Positions 40,920 to 59,516 of a DNA stretch of 64,000 nucleotides are shown here, piece by piece. Source of the stretch: the human T2T-CHM13v2.0 reference genome, Homo sapiens; the NCBI RefSeq assembly GCF_009914755.1, contig NC_060934.1; one strand, written 5' to 3'. A program made the translations under genes and the position numbers. The notes under the pieces are model-generated. The model searched no databases and was not told the origin of the DNA. It saw only the letters and a program-made list of their open reading frames with translations. Positions within the stretch are counted from its first letter, which is position 1, and each line of letters begins with the position of its first letter.

Positions 40920-43900
40920 GTAACTGAATATGAAATTAGTTATAATTTTGAGAGCATGGTTATCTCATATGAATAAAATTTTAATTGCTTATAACATTAA
41001 ATAATGAAATAAATTTGTAGCGCTGTCCTAATTCCATCAATTTTGGAATACAGTTCAAAATGAGATGTAGCAAGTAAGAAATACAAATTGTATTTCTCAT
41101 TAATAATCATAAGCCATATATAATATCTGTTGTCTATAATTCCAATGATAAACACTTACTGTTTTCAGAGAAGTTCTAGGTAATACACACTCAACCTTCT
41201 ATAAGCTATCTTAACTTTTTTATTTTTCTGGCATAAACTATGTGTCTATCTTTTTTTAAAAAAATTACACTTTAAGTTCTGGGATATATGTGCAGAAAGT
41301 GCAGGTTTGTTAAATAGGTATACACGTGCCATGGTGGTTTGCTGCACCCTTCAACCCGTCATCTACATTAGGTATTTCTCCTAATGCTATCCCTCCCCTA
41401 GGCCCCCACCCACTGACAGGCCCTGGTGTGTGATGTTCCCCTCCCTGTGCCCATGTATTCTCATTGTTCAATTCCTACTTAGGAGTGACAACATGCAGTG
41501 TTTGGTTTTCTATCCCTGTAATAGTTTGCTGAGAATAATGGTTTCCAGCTTCATCCATGTCCCTCCAAAGGACGTGAACTCATCCTTTTTTATGGCTGCA
41601 TAGTGTTCCATGGTATATATGTGCCACATTTTCTTTATCCAGTCTATCATTGATAGGCATTTGGGTTAATTACCAGTCTTTGCTATTGTGAACAGTGCTC
41701 CCATAAACATATGTGTGCATGTGTCTTTATAGTAGAATGATTTATAATCCTTTGGGTATATACCTAGTAATGGGATTGCTGGGTCCAATGGTATTTCTGG
41801 TTCTACATCCTTGAGGAATTGCCACACTGTCTTCCACAATGGTTGAACTAGTTTACATACCCATCAACAGTGTAAAAGCCTTCCTATTTCTCCACGTCCT
41901 CTCCAGCATCTGTTGTTTCCTAACTTTTTAAAGATAGCCATTCTAACTGGCGTGAGATGGTATCTCATTGTGGTTTTGATTTGCACTTCTCTAATGACCA
42001 CTGATGATGAGCTTTTTTGAATGTGTTTCTTGGCCGCATAAATGTCTTCTTTTGAGAAATATCTGTTCATATCCTTCACCCACGTTTTGATGGGGTTGTT
42101 TGTTTGTTTCTTGTAAATTTGTTTAAGTTCCTTATAGATTCTGGATGTTGGCCCTTTGTCAGATGGATAGGTTGCAAAAATCTTCTCCCATTCAGTGGGT
42201 TGCCTGTTCACTCTGATAATAGTTTCTTTTGCTGTGCAGAAGCTCTTTAGTTCAAATTAGATCCCATTTGTCAATTTTGGCTTTTGTTGCCATTGCTTTG
42301 GGTGTTTCAGTCACAAAGTCCTTGCCCATGCCTATGTCCTGAATGGTATTGCCTAGGTTTTCTTCTAGGGTTTCTATGGTTTTAGGTCTAACACTTAAGT
42401 CTTTAATCCATCTTGAATTAATTTTTGTATAAGGTGTAAGGAAGGGGTCCAGTTTCAGTTTTATGCATATGGCTAGCCAGTTTTCCCAACACCATTTATT
42501 AAATATAAAATCTTTTCCCCATTGCTTGTTTTTGTCAGGTTTGTCAAGATCAGATGGTTGTAGATGTGTGGTGTTATTTCTAAGGCCTCTGTTCTGTTCC
42601 ATTGGTCTATATATCTGTTTTGGTACCAGTACCATGCTGTTTTGGTTACTGCAGCCTTGTAGTATAGTTTGAAGTCAGGTAGTGTGGTGCTTCCAGCTTT
42701 GTTCTTTTTGCTTAGAATTGTCTTGGCTATGCAAGCTCTTTTTTGGTTCTGTATGAAATTTAAAGTCGTTTTTTCTAATTCTGTGAGGAAAGTCAGTGGT
42801 AGCTTGATGGGGATGGCATTGAATCTATAAATTACTTTGGGCATAATGGCCATTTTCATGATATTGATTTCTCCTATCCAAGAGCACGAAATGTTTTTCC
42901 ATTTGTTTGTGTCCTCTCTTATTTCCTTGAGCAGTGGTTTGTAGCTCTCCTTGAAGAGGTCCTTCACATCCCTTGTAAGTTTTATTCCTAGGTATTTTAT
43001 TCACTTTGTAGAAATTGTGAATGGGAGTTCACTCATGATTTGGGTCTCTGTTTGCCTATTATTGGCATATAGGAATGCTTGTGATTTTTGCGCATTGATT
43101 TTGTATCCTGAGACTTTGCTGAAGTTGCTTATCAGCTTAAGGAGATTTTGACCTGAGACAATGGGGTTTTCTAAATATACAATCATGTCATCTGCAAACA
43201 GAGACAATTTGACTTCCTCTCTTCCTATTTGAATATGCTTTATTTCTTTCTCTTGCCTGATTGCCCTGGCCAGAACTTCCAATACTCTGTTGAATAGGAG
43301 TGGTGAGAGAGGGCATCCTTGTCTTGTGCCAGTTTTCAAAGGGAATGCTTCCGGTTTTTGTCCATTCAGTGTGATGTTGGCTGTGGGTTTGTCATAAATA
43401 GCTCTTACTATTTTGAGATACGTTCCATCAATACCTAGTTTATTGAGAGTTATTAGCATGAAGCGGTGTTGAATTTTGTTGAAGGCCTTTTCTGCATCTA
43501 TTGAGATATTCATGGGTTTTGTCGTTGGTTCTGTTTAGGTGATGAATTACGTTTATTGATTTGCATATGTTGAACCAGCCTTGCATCCCAGGTATGAAGC
43601 CGACTTGATCATGGTGGATAAGCTTTTTGATGTGCTGCTGGATTCGGTTTGCCAGTCTTTTATTGAGGATTTTTGCATTGATATTCATCAGGGATATTGG
43701 CCCCAAATTTTCTTTTTTGTTGTGTCTCTGCCAGGTTTTGGTATCAGGATGATGTTGGCCTCATAAAATGAGTTAGGGAGGAGTCCCTCATTTTCTATTG
43801 TTTGGAATAGTTTCAGAAGGAATGGTACCACCTCCTCTTTGGACCTCTGGTAGAATTCAGCTGTGAATCCGTCTGGTCCTGGGCTTTTTTTGGTTGGTAG

Positions 43901-44025
43901 GCTATTAATTACTGTCTCAATTTCAGAACTTGTTATTGGTGTATTCAGGGATTCGACTTCTTCCTGGTTTAGTCTTGGGAGGGCGTATGTGTTGAGGAAT
44001 TTATCCATTTCTTCGAGATTTTCTA

Positions 44026-44232
<207 letters not shown>

Positions 44233-45121
44233 TCATATCTCTATCTCCTTCAGTTCCGCTCTGATCTTAGTTATTTCTTGTCTTCTGCTAGCTTTTGAGT
44301 TTGTTTGCTCTTGCTTCTCTAGTTCTTTTAATTGTGACGTTAGGGTGTCAATTTTAGATCTTTCCCACTTTCTCCTGTGGGCATTTAGTGCTATAAATTT
44401 CCCTGTACACACCACTTTAGCTGTGTCCCAGGGATTCTTGTATGTTGTGTCTTTGTTCTCATTGGTTTCAAAGAATTTATTTATTTCTGCCTTACTTTGG
44501 TTATTTACCCAGTAGTCATTCAGGAGCAGGTTTTTCAGTTTCCTCGTAGTTGTGCAGTTGAGTGAATCTCTTAAACCTGAGTTCTAATTTGATTGCACTA
44601 TAGTCTGAGAGACTGTTTGTTAAGATTTCTGTTCTCTTGCATTTGCTAAGGAGTGTTTTACTTCCAATTATGTGGTCAATTTTAGAATAAGTGTGATGTG
44701 ATGCTGAGAAGAATGTACATTCTGTTGATTTCGGGTGGAGAGTTCTGTAGATGTCTATTAGGTCTGTTTGTTCCAGAGCTGAGCTCAAGTCCTGAACATC
44801 CTTGTTAATTTTCTGTCTTGTTGATCTAATATTGACAGTGGGGTGTTAAAGTCTCCCACTATTATTGTGTGGGAGTCTAAGTCTCTTTGTAGGGCTCTAA
44901 GAACTTGTTTTATGAATCTGGGTGCTCCCGTATTGGGTGCATATATACTTAGGATACTTAGCTCTTCTTGTCACGTTGATTGCTTTACCATTATGTAATA
45001 CCTTTATTTGTCTTTTTTTATCTTTGTTGGTTTAAAGTCGGTTTTATCAGAGACTAGGATTGCAAACCCTGCTTTTTTTTGCTTTCCATTTGCTTGGTAA
45101 ATATTCCTCCATCCTTGAGGA

Positions 45122-45213
45122 ATGTGTGCCTCTGCACGTGCGATGGGTCTCCTGAATACAGCACACTATGTGTGCCTCTGCACGTGAGATGGGTCTCCTG
45201 AATACAGCACACT
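45122..45213. repeat. 46-bp tandem duplication in the L1 ORF2 endonuclease region
   Basis: atgtgtgcctctgcacgtg(c/a)gatgggtctcctgaatacagcacact twice. Confidence 0.95.
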
Positions 45214-47116
45214 GATGGGTCTTGACTCTTTATCCAATTTGCCAGTCTGTGTCTTTTAATTGGGGTATTTAGACCATTTACACTTAAGGTTAATATTGTT
45301 ATGTGTCAATTTGATCCTGTCATTATGATGCTAGCTGGTTATTTTGCCCATTAGTTGATGCAGTTTCTTCATAGTGCCGATGGTCTTTACAATTTGGTAT
45401 GTTTTTGCAGTGGCTGGTACCAGTTTTTCCTTTCCATATTAGTGCTTCCTTCAGAAGCTCTTGTAAGGCAGGCCTGGTGGTGACAAAATCTCTCAGCATT
45501 TTTTGTCTCTAAAGGATTTTATTTCTCCTTCACTGATGAAGTTTAATTTGGCTGGATATGAAATTCTGGGTTGAAAATTCTTTTCTTTAATAATGTTGAA
45601 TATTGGCCCCCACTCTCTTCTGGCTTGTAGGGTTTCTGCAGAGAGATCCACTGTTAGTCTGATGGGCTTCCCTTTGCGGGTAACCCGACCTTTCTCTCTG
45701 TCTGCCCTTAACATTTTTTCCTTCATTTCAACCACGATGAATCTGATGATTATGTGTCTTGGGGTTGCTTTTCTCGAGAAGTATCTTTGTGGTGTTCTCT
45801 GTATATCCTGAATTTGAATGTTGGCCTGTCTTGCTAGGTTGGGGAAGTTCTCCTGGTTAGTATCCTGAAGAGTGTTTTCCAACTTGGTTTCATTCTCCCC
45901 ATCACTTTCAGATATATCAGTCAAACGTAGGTTTGGTCTTTTCACATAGTCCCATATTTCTTGGAGGCTTTGTTCATTCCTTTTCATTCTTTTTTCTCTA
46001 ATCTTGTCTTCATGCTTTATTTCATTAAGTTGATCTTCAATCTCTGATATCTTTTCTTCCGCTTGATCGATTCAGCTATTGATCCTTGTGTATGCTTCAG
46101 GAAGTTTTCATGCTGTGTTTTTCAGCTCCATCAGGTCATTTATGTTCTCCTCTAAACTGGTTATTCTAGTTAGCAATTCCTCTAACCTTTTTTCAAGGTT
46201 CTTAGCTTCCTTGCATTGGGTTAGAGCATGCTCCTTGCCTCAGAGGAGTTTGTTACTCTCCACCTTCTGAAGCCTACTTCTGTCAATTTGTCAAACTTAT
46301 TCTCCGTCCAGTTTTGTTCCCTTGCTGGTGAAGAGTTGTGATCCTTTGAAGGAAAGAGGCATTCTGAGTTCTGGAATTTTCAGCCTTTTTGTGCTGGTTT
46401 TTTCCTCATCTTCATGGATTTATATACCTTTATTGGTCTTTGATGCTGGTGACCTTCGGATGGGGTTTTTGTGTGGATGTCCTTTTTGTTGATGTTGATG
46501 CTATTCCTTTCTGTTTGTTAGTTTTCCTTCTAATGGTCAGGCCCCTCTCCTGCAGTGCTTCTGGTGTTTGCTGGGGGTCCACTCCAGACCCTGTTTGCCT
46601 GGGAATCACCAGCGGAGGCTGCAGAACAGCAAAGACTGCTCCTGTTCCTTCCTCTGGAAGCTTCATCCCAGAGGGGCACCTGCCAGATGCCAGTCAGAGC
46701 TCTTCTGTATGAGGTGTCTGTCAACTCCTGCTGGGAAGTGTCTCCCAGTCAGGAGGCATGGGGGTCAGGGACCCACTAGAGGAGGCAGTCTTACCCTTAG
46801 CAGAGCTCGAGCGCTGTGCTGGGAGAGCTGCTGCTCTCTTCAGAGCTGGCAGATGGAATGTTTCAGTCTGCTGAATCTGTGCCCACAGCCACCCCTTCCC
46901 CCAGGTGCTCTGTCCCAGGGAGATGGGTATTTTATCTATAAGCCCCTGACTGGGGCTGCTGCCTTTCTTTCAGAGATGCCTGCCCAGAGAGGAGGAATCT
47001 AGAGAGGCAGTCTGGCTACAGCGGCTTTGCTGAGCTGTGGTGGGCTCCACCCAGTTCAAAATTCCCACAGCTTTGTTTACATTGTGAGGGGAAAACTGCC
47101 TACTCAAACCTCAGTA

Positions 47117-47302
47117 ATGGCAGACATCCCTCCCCACACCAAGCTCAAGCATCCCAGTTTGACTTCAGACTGCTGTGCTGGCAGTGAGAATTTCAAGACA
47201 GTGGATCTTAGCTTGTTGGGCTCTGTTGGGGTGGGATCCGCTGAGCTACACCACTTGGCTCCCTGGCTTCAGCCCCCTTTCCAGGGGAGCAAACAGTTCT
47301 GA
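47117..47302 (+). CDS. L1 ORF0 homologue (61 aa) on the antisense strand of the L1 5'UTR
   Basis: MADIPPHTKLKHPSLTSDCCAGSE..SVGVGSAE resembles ORF0 (MAGAPPPASLPPCSLISDCCAS..SVGVGPSE); Kozak context GTAATGG; expression unknown. Confidence 0.55.
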   Translation: MADIPPHTKLKHPSLTSDCCAGSENFKTVDLSLLGSVGVGSAELHHLAPWLQPPFQGSKQF

Positions 47303-48194
47303 CTCGCTGGCATTCCAGTTGTCACTGGGGTATGAAACAAAATTCCTGCAGCTAGCTCAGTGTCTGCCCAAACGGCCTCCCAGTTTTGTGCTTGAAACCC
47401 ACGGCCTTGGTAGCATAGGCACTCAAGGGAATCTCCTGGTCTGCAAGTTGCAAAGACCATGGGAAAAGCATAGTGTCTGGGCCGGAATGCACCGTTCCTC
47501 ACAGCACAGTCCCTCACGGCTTCCCTTGGTTAGGGAAGGTAGTTTCCCAATCCCTTGCACTTCCCGGGTGAAGCAATGCCCCACCCTGCTTTGGCTCACC
47601 CTCTGTGGGCTGCACTCACTGTCTAACCAGTCCCAATGAGATGAGCCAGGTACCTCAGTTGGAAATGCAGAAATTACCCACCTTCTGCATTGATCTTGCT
47701 GGGAGCTGCAGACCACAGCTGTTCCTATTCGGCCCTCTTGCCCCTATATGTCTATCTTAACTATTTTTTTTTATTATTCTGGTGTGTGATTTCTCTCTTT
47801 CGTTTAATGGTTTTCACAATAAATAAGCCTTAATGCCAGATATCTTAAAAATAATATTTGTAGTGTCATTCACTTAATCTAAAAATACTCACAATTGTTC
47901 TTCAGTGTTGCCAAGTTTTTCAGTCTACTATAAGAGCTTGATCTTAGAGTGTGTTCACTGACCTCATATTACATATAGAATGTATACAAAAAAGACCTTT
48001 AAAATGTAGGGTGATAACATCTATTCCATATATGCCAACATTCTTAGATATTCTCAACTTTAGTCTTCTCTCAAATTGATCCCCTACTGACATTAAAAAA
48101 TTACTAACTTTTTATAGCAGCACTGTGCACAGCTCTTATATCAAGAGTAAGAAATAAACTTTTCCAAAACCGCTTAAAAACAGAGTAACATTCA

Positions 48195-48774
<580 letters not shown>

Positions 48775-51566
48775 AAAAACAGAGTAACATTCATTAGAAG
48801 AACATAGAAGAAAGAAAAAAAAATAGAGTAACAAAGATGTCAAGACATTCTCTATATCCACTAGGCCAGGTGTTTGGAGTAGAAGAAAAATGCATAGTGA
48901 CTGATACAAGTTACTCATGAGCACCAACCACATGTTCACAAGTGGTACCTTACTTATCACACATTGGTTAATACCAAGTCTAACTTAAGATTCCTTCCCT
49001 GGATAAACATCCGATCATTTTTTTATGGATCCAATTCTAGCCCACTATTTTAGCATAACAAAGGTCAAACATGTTAGATATCTTAAACCCAGAGTTATTT
49101 ACTCTCTGTTTTTAAGACAAAAATGTTTCCTGATAGATTTCAAAGAGATTCCAAAAAGACAGCTTCCTCTAAATTTAAAATAAAGTTCAGGTACGCTTAA
49201 TTTATTTGCTTCTGTTTCATCTTTGGATTTAATGTTTTCCATCCCAGGTAAAATAAATTCCCCCAGTTGTTAAATGAATTTGATCTTAACTATGCCCAAT
49301 CTTAATATATGGTATAGATGTATGTTTATATTAGAATGGGCAAAAGGCCAACAAAAACTTCCTGTCTGATTTTTTTCTTAACAAATTGTACACTGCTGCT
49401 TACCAAAACTTCTGTTTATTCACATAATGCTGTATCATATTCCCAGGACTTGCTGCTCTGACCCAAGGTGAGAAGAAATGCCTTTGTCCTACAAACATGA
49501 GCATTTAGCTTAAGTTCAAACACTGACAAAGAAGACTGAAATTGGATACTTACCAGAATAATCTCCCATATTTAGTTTCTCTAAATTCACAGATGATCAT
49601 TATCAAACTTTCAAAAATATCATAACTATTCTCAATGACTTTAACATTAAAGTTGGGAAAATGACTAAAATTCAGTTACCTTTAATTTTAAAAATGCAAA
49701 TTTAACATGAAGACATAAATGTGTCACTATCAGTAATGACACATGTGGTGGACCATTACATTCTGCACCAAAAGTACCAAGAAGGGCTTCAGTAACTCCC
49801 AATGTTTGGATGGGGAGCTTAGAACAATAGAGATAAATACCAACATCAAAATGAGAGGGAGGAAACATTATAATTTCTTCATTAAGCAAACAGTAAGGTT
49901 AAAACAAAATATGTAACTTAAACTTCAAAGCACAAAAATAATTCTTCAAAATATTCTAAACATTTTCATCCAATAAGTACTCCGTATCAACAATCAGCAC
50001 CTCACTTGGAAAATCAGTCACAAGTCAGCTGTTAATGCTGTGTGGATGCAACCACAGATCATTACCTACTTAATTGTGTATACATCTAATAGGCTCATAC
50101 AGCTCTTTTAGAACAAAGGTTTTATAATGGAGTAGATGATAAATACTGAACTGTAGTGCTACCAGGTGCTATACTAATATGAGCAGAATTTATATAGAGA
50201 ATTTTAGCCTGTATTAATGCTGTAACTAAAATAGAAAAAAATGATTTAAAATCAGGTTTGTAATAATACAGTTAAAAAAGAAATGCAATATTACAAGTTC
50301 ATATTGTGGCATCTTGCTAAAATCCCATAAGTGATACTAAAAATGTTAAGCTAAATATAGTTTATCTGGTCAATGAATGCAACTGTCAGTTGACCACAGA
50401 AGAGAGAAAAGCAATTTACATTGTAAAAATTTAAAGACATCCAATCTAAAATTTAATGTTGACTCTGAAGAATATCAATTAATTTATATTTTCTGTCATT
50501 TGAAACTAGAGTGTATGAAAGTAAACCTGTACATACACATACTCTTCTAAATCATTGAACAAAATATGGAGCAAACCAGCAACACTACTCCATCTTCTGG
50601 TGACATTTTCCCTCACCTAGATGTATTTCAGTGTAAGTGTTTCTACTGCTGTCACATTTGGAGCATGAGATAGGGTATAAAAGATGATTAGCTTCTTCCT
50701 AAATAGCAAACATGAAATTGTCCAAACATGATAGTTTAGAGAGCAAAAATAAGTACGCCTTAAAAAAAATAACAGAACAAACTAAACTTCTCATTACATA
50801 TTAAATTAGCCCTCAGGTAATCAGCCCCTAACAAACAGCTTAACATCTACAAAAGGCTGCATGACTGGTGTGTGCCTGTTTAAAGCTCTGCTGTAAGCTG
50901 AACTGTTGGTCTCAGCTAGGCATCCTCAACATTTCCTTTGAATTTTAGCCAACAGTGCCCTAGGCATGCTCCTAGCACTACTATTAACAAAACAGCTGTA
51001 GTTGAAGCAGTAGTCTTTTTGCCTGACAAGGACACCGTAACAGTCATTGTGATGTCTTCTGATTGTGAACACAGGTAGAGATGTACAGCTTGGATACAAA
51101 AATTTAATATGAGTGTATTTGAGATTATAATTTTTACTAGTTGTATAGTAAATATGTGACTAAGCTTGCTTTTCTGAAACAAATGCTGCTGAGTCAATAC
51201 CAGACAGTCCCATGATCAGTTTGGCCAAGTCACAGTGGACAACCCAGAGCTAAAGTATGACATTTTTACTCTTCTTCAGCTCCCTGTACCTTAGTCTCAG
51301 CTGTTCCCATATTCAGTCTCTTTAGCTAGACTAACAAAAAAAGAATGGAGACTCAAATAAAACCAGAAATAAAAGAGGAAACATTAGAAGTGATACCACA
51401 GAAATACAAAGAATTAAAAAAGACTCCTGTGAACTATTATATGGCAAGAAATTGGATAACTTAGAAGAAATGGATAAATTCCTAGACACATAAAAACTAC
51501 CAAGATAAAATCATGAAGAAATGGAAAATCTGAATAGACCAATAATGAGTAAGAAAATTAAATCAA

Positions 51567-51886
51567 GGCCGGGTGCAGTGGCTCACGCCTGTAATCCCAG
51601 CACTTTGGGAGGCCGAGGCAGGTGGATCACGACGTCAGCAGTTCAAGACTAGCCTGGCCAACATGGTGAAGCCCAGTCTCTACTAAAAATACAAAAATTA
51701 GCTAGGCATGGTGGCACACGCCTGTAATCCCAGCTACTCAGGAGGCTGAGGCAGGAGAATTGCTTGAACCAGGACCCAGGAGGCAGAGGTTTCAGTGAAC
51801 TGAGATCATGTCACTGCACTTCCAGCCTGGGCTACAAAGGGAAACTCCATCTCAAAAAAAAAAGGAAAGAAACAAAGAAAAAAAAA
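51567..51886 (+). mobile_element. AluS with 16-bp TSD
   Basis: AAGAAAATTAAATCAA at 51551-51566 and 51887-51902. Confidence 0.95.
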
Positions 51887-52284
51887 AAGAAAATTAAATC
51901 AATAATTAAAAAGTCTCATCAAAGGAAAGCCCAGGACCTGATGACTTCACTGCTGAATTCAACTAAAATTTAAAGAACTAATACCAATTCTCAAACTCCT
52001 CCAAAAAACTGAAGAGGAAGGAATACTACAAACTCATTTTATGAGGCCAACATTACCTGACACCAAAGCCAGACAAGGAGGCTACAAGAAAAGAAAATTA
52101 CAGGCCAATATTCCTGATGCACAAACATGCAAAACTCCTCAACAAAATACTAACAAGCTTTAAAAGACCATTCACCATGATCAAGTGGTACACCACATTA
52201 ACAGAATGGAGAACAAAAATCATATAAACAACTCAATAGATGCAGAGAAAGAATTTAACAAAATTCAACATGCTTTCATGATAA

Positions 52285-52629
<345 letters not shown>

Positions 52630-53204
52630 AGAAGGAATGTATTTCAACACAATAAAGGCCGTATTTCACAAGCCCATAGTTAGTGTTATGCTCAATAGTG
52701 AAAAGTTGCCAAAAATACACAATGTGGAAAAAATAGTCTCTTCAATAAGTGGGGTTGGGAAAATTGAATATCCACATACCAAAAAACAAATTTATTTTTA
52801 TCCTACATCACAAACAAAATTTAACTCAAAATGGATTAAAGCTGTAAACATAAGCCCTGAAACCATAAAACTACTATAAGAAAACAAAGGGGAAATGCTC
52901 TATGACATTAGTTTTCACAATTTTTTTAAATATGATGCCATAAGTACCAGCAACAAAGGCAAAAATAAATAAGTGAAATTATATCAAACTAAAAAGTTTC
53001 TGCACAGAAATGGAAATAATCAACAAAATGAAATAGTAACCTATGGAATGAAATAAAATGTTTGCAGACCATACATCCAATAAGAGGTTAGTATTGAAAA
53101 TCTATAAGGAAGTCATTTAACTCAAAAGCAAAAAAGAAAAGAAAAGAAATGACCCACAAATAACCTAATTAAAAATGAGCAAAATACCTAAATAGACATT
53201 TTTT

Positions 53205-53498
<294 letters not shown>

Positions 53499-53510
53499 TA
53501 GACATGTTTC

Positions 53511-56387
<2,877 letters not shown>

Positions 56388-57023
56388 CTAAATAGAAATT
56401 TTTCAAAGAAAGCATACAAATGGCCAATAGATATATAAAAAGGTGCTCACATCACTAATCATCAGAGTAATGCAAATCAAAACAAAATAAGATATCACCT
56501 CACACTTGATAGGATAGCTACTACCAAAAAACAAAAGGTAACAAGTGTTGGTGAGTGTAATCAGAAATGGGAATGCTTGTAGAGAAATGGGAACCTTGGT
56601 GGGAATGTAAATTGGTACAGCCACTATGAACAGTAGTATGAAGGTTCCTAAAATAGATTTTAAAAAAATAGAACTATTATATGATCCAGCAATCCCACTT
56701 CTGAGTATATATCCAAAGGAAATGAAATCAGTATTTTGAAGAGGTATCTGCACTCTCATGTTCATTGCAGCATCATTCATGATAGTCAAGGTATAGAAAC
56801 AACCTAAGTGCCTAGGATATACTTTAAAGGTTTAGACGACACGGGATTCTAGAAATTGTCAATAAATCAAAATTCCATTGCAGTAGAAAACTACAAAATG
56901 ATGTACTTTCTGTATTGTTTGTGTATCCACGATAAAGTGGCTGAACCAGATGATGCTTATAAGTCTTTCCTTTGTCTACAGTGTTGTAATATTATTGCAT
57001 TTTCTTCTTTAAAAAAAAAAAAG

Positions 57024-57320
57024 GGCCAGGAGCGGTGGCTCACACCTGTAATTCCAGCACTTTGGGAGGCCGAGGCAGGCAGATCACAAGGTCAAGAGAT
57101 CGATACCATCCTGGCCAACATGGTGAAACTCCATCTCTACTAAAAATACAAAAATTAGCTAGGCATGATGGTACACACCTGTAGTCCCAGCTACTCGGGA
57201 AGCGGAGGCAGAAGAATTGCCTGAACCTGGGAGGCAGAGATTGCAGTGAGCCAAGATCGCGTCACTGACTCCAGCCTGGCAACAGAGCGAGAGTCCATCT
57301 CAAAAATAAATAAATAAATA
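57024..57320 (+). mobile_element. AluSc-like
   Basis: ggtcaagagatcga.accatcctggccaac diagnostic; (TAAA)n tail. Confidence 0.9.
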
Positions 57321-58347
57321 TTTAAAAATTTAACATTTTTAAAAAGGCACTACTGAATTATTTTCATTTACTGGCACCTCACCGCCTAATACAGTATATT
57401 CGCATGTATAGATAAATGTTAAAAGCATCTTTGTTGTTCCTGCAGTTTGATATGAAACCCAATTTCCTGGATTATTCCATAGTCCCAATGCAACAAGGTT
57501 CCTACAGACTCAAGAAAGTCCATACCCATTCTGGTACTCCTTTCATCCTGGTAGAAAATTCTGTTCTACTTCAGATTCCTAGGGCTCAATCTGAAAGAGC
57601 AGAACTCCCACCTGGAGGACAAGCATAATCAGAAAGAAGTGGACTTCACTGAAAAGTCAATTGTGCTGCATCCTCATTTCAGTCCTTTGTTGTACATTTC
57701 TGTGAACACTCAAAGAAGTTCACTCCTTTCTTCTTGAGTAGGAAAGTGGAAATGTAGAGTGGCTGGAGGCTTGCGTTTTAGAGAAGACTGCACCCACATC
57801 TTTTATTAAGGGGACTATGAGGGGCTCCTCTATTCCACATGTCCCTGAATACAGGACAGAATGTCACTACTCGACCACCTAGCAAGTGTCCAGCAAAGGA
57901 AATGCTCCTCAAGACACAGGAGGTAGCAGAAGTATGTTTTTCCCTGGAGAGAATGGGGCTCACTTCCACAAAGGCTGCCATCAGAGCCTTTCATTATAGC
58001 CATATATAAGCAAGGCCTCCCAAACCATGAACCCCAGTGAAATAAACTGAATGTCCTGGCTTTGTTTTAACATTAGAAGAGATTTCTGCAGCCAGTCCAA
58101 TCTCAGCATCATGCAGCTTTTCAAACAGGAAAAGAATGCTTTTCATACTATAGGTCCTCTCTTGGTTTCAGGATACAAACCAGATACCAAGGATCAATAG
58201 AGGGCTCACCAAAGAACCAAAGGTTGTGAGAATATATCATTTCCTGTTATTGTCCCAACTCTTGTCATTAGCAAAGTATGTGGCCTTGTACAAGATATTT
58301 AATCTCCTTGCAACTCATTTTTTTCATCTTTAAAATAAAACAGTTGG

Positions 58348-58634
<287 letters not shown>

Positions 58635-58838
58635 AAAATAAAACAGTTAGGTTAGATGAATTCTAAAGATTCTTTACTTGGTTTAAGGTTCTCTAGTATA
58701 GCATAGCCTCTGTAATTTGCATCTTAAACCACCAAAAGTCATAATCTTAGTAGTGAAAGATTACCTTCTTTTCATGCACAGATCACTTTCAAAGTGCAAA
58801 ACAGACTAAAGAAGACATTTTCAGAGTTAACTTGTCTA

Positions 58839-58883
58839 TTTTTTTTTATTATTATACTTTAAGTTTTAGGGTACATGTGCACA
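58839..58883 (-). mobile_element. Ultra-short young L1PA 3' terminus
   Basis: ttttttttattattatactttaagttttagggtacatgtgcaca matches the 3' end of the L1PA3-like copy near 28050-28085. Confidence 0.85.
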
Positions 58884-59516
58884 TTATTTCTCCTCAATAC
58901 CAACTTTTATTGACAACCTTATGGACTTAGGTATGTCAATATAAGACATGCACAAATAAGCACCATATTGATGCAAACACTGAAGTTGTTTTTTGTTTGT
59001 TTGTTTGGTTGGTTTTGGGTTTTTGTTTTGTTTTTGTTGTTTTTTTTTTTTTTGCCATCTCTGGAATTCCTATCAGCATTGTAAATTTTGAAACAACCCA
59101 TAACAAAGAATTAACTTGTTTCAATAAACATTCCCCACATAAAGTAGCTATAAGCTGCCCACAACGCAAACTACTGTATAGCAAACAACCTTGTAAAAAT
59201 TAATAAATCTTCTCTGGTGCATGAAAATCAGCTAACGCTTGACTCAACAGCTTTCTACCTAAGTGCCACCAATAAACTGAGCCCCAGAGACAACAGACGG
59301 AAACAGAATAGCAAACCTTAGGAATTAAAAGATGTCTCTATAATGTTTTTACTTTGCTAATTTAATAGAAGACACTTAGTTATCATGACCATTAACTATC
59401 CAATGTGGAAATCAAATTTTAGGAGGACAAATGTATAATATGCATCATTTTCATCATTCATTTTAAAATAAAGGCAAGTTTCTTACATTAAAAAATCCAT
59501 AAGATTTTTTCTTCAG

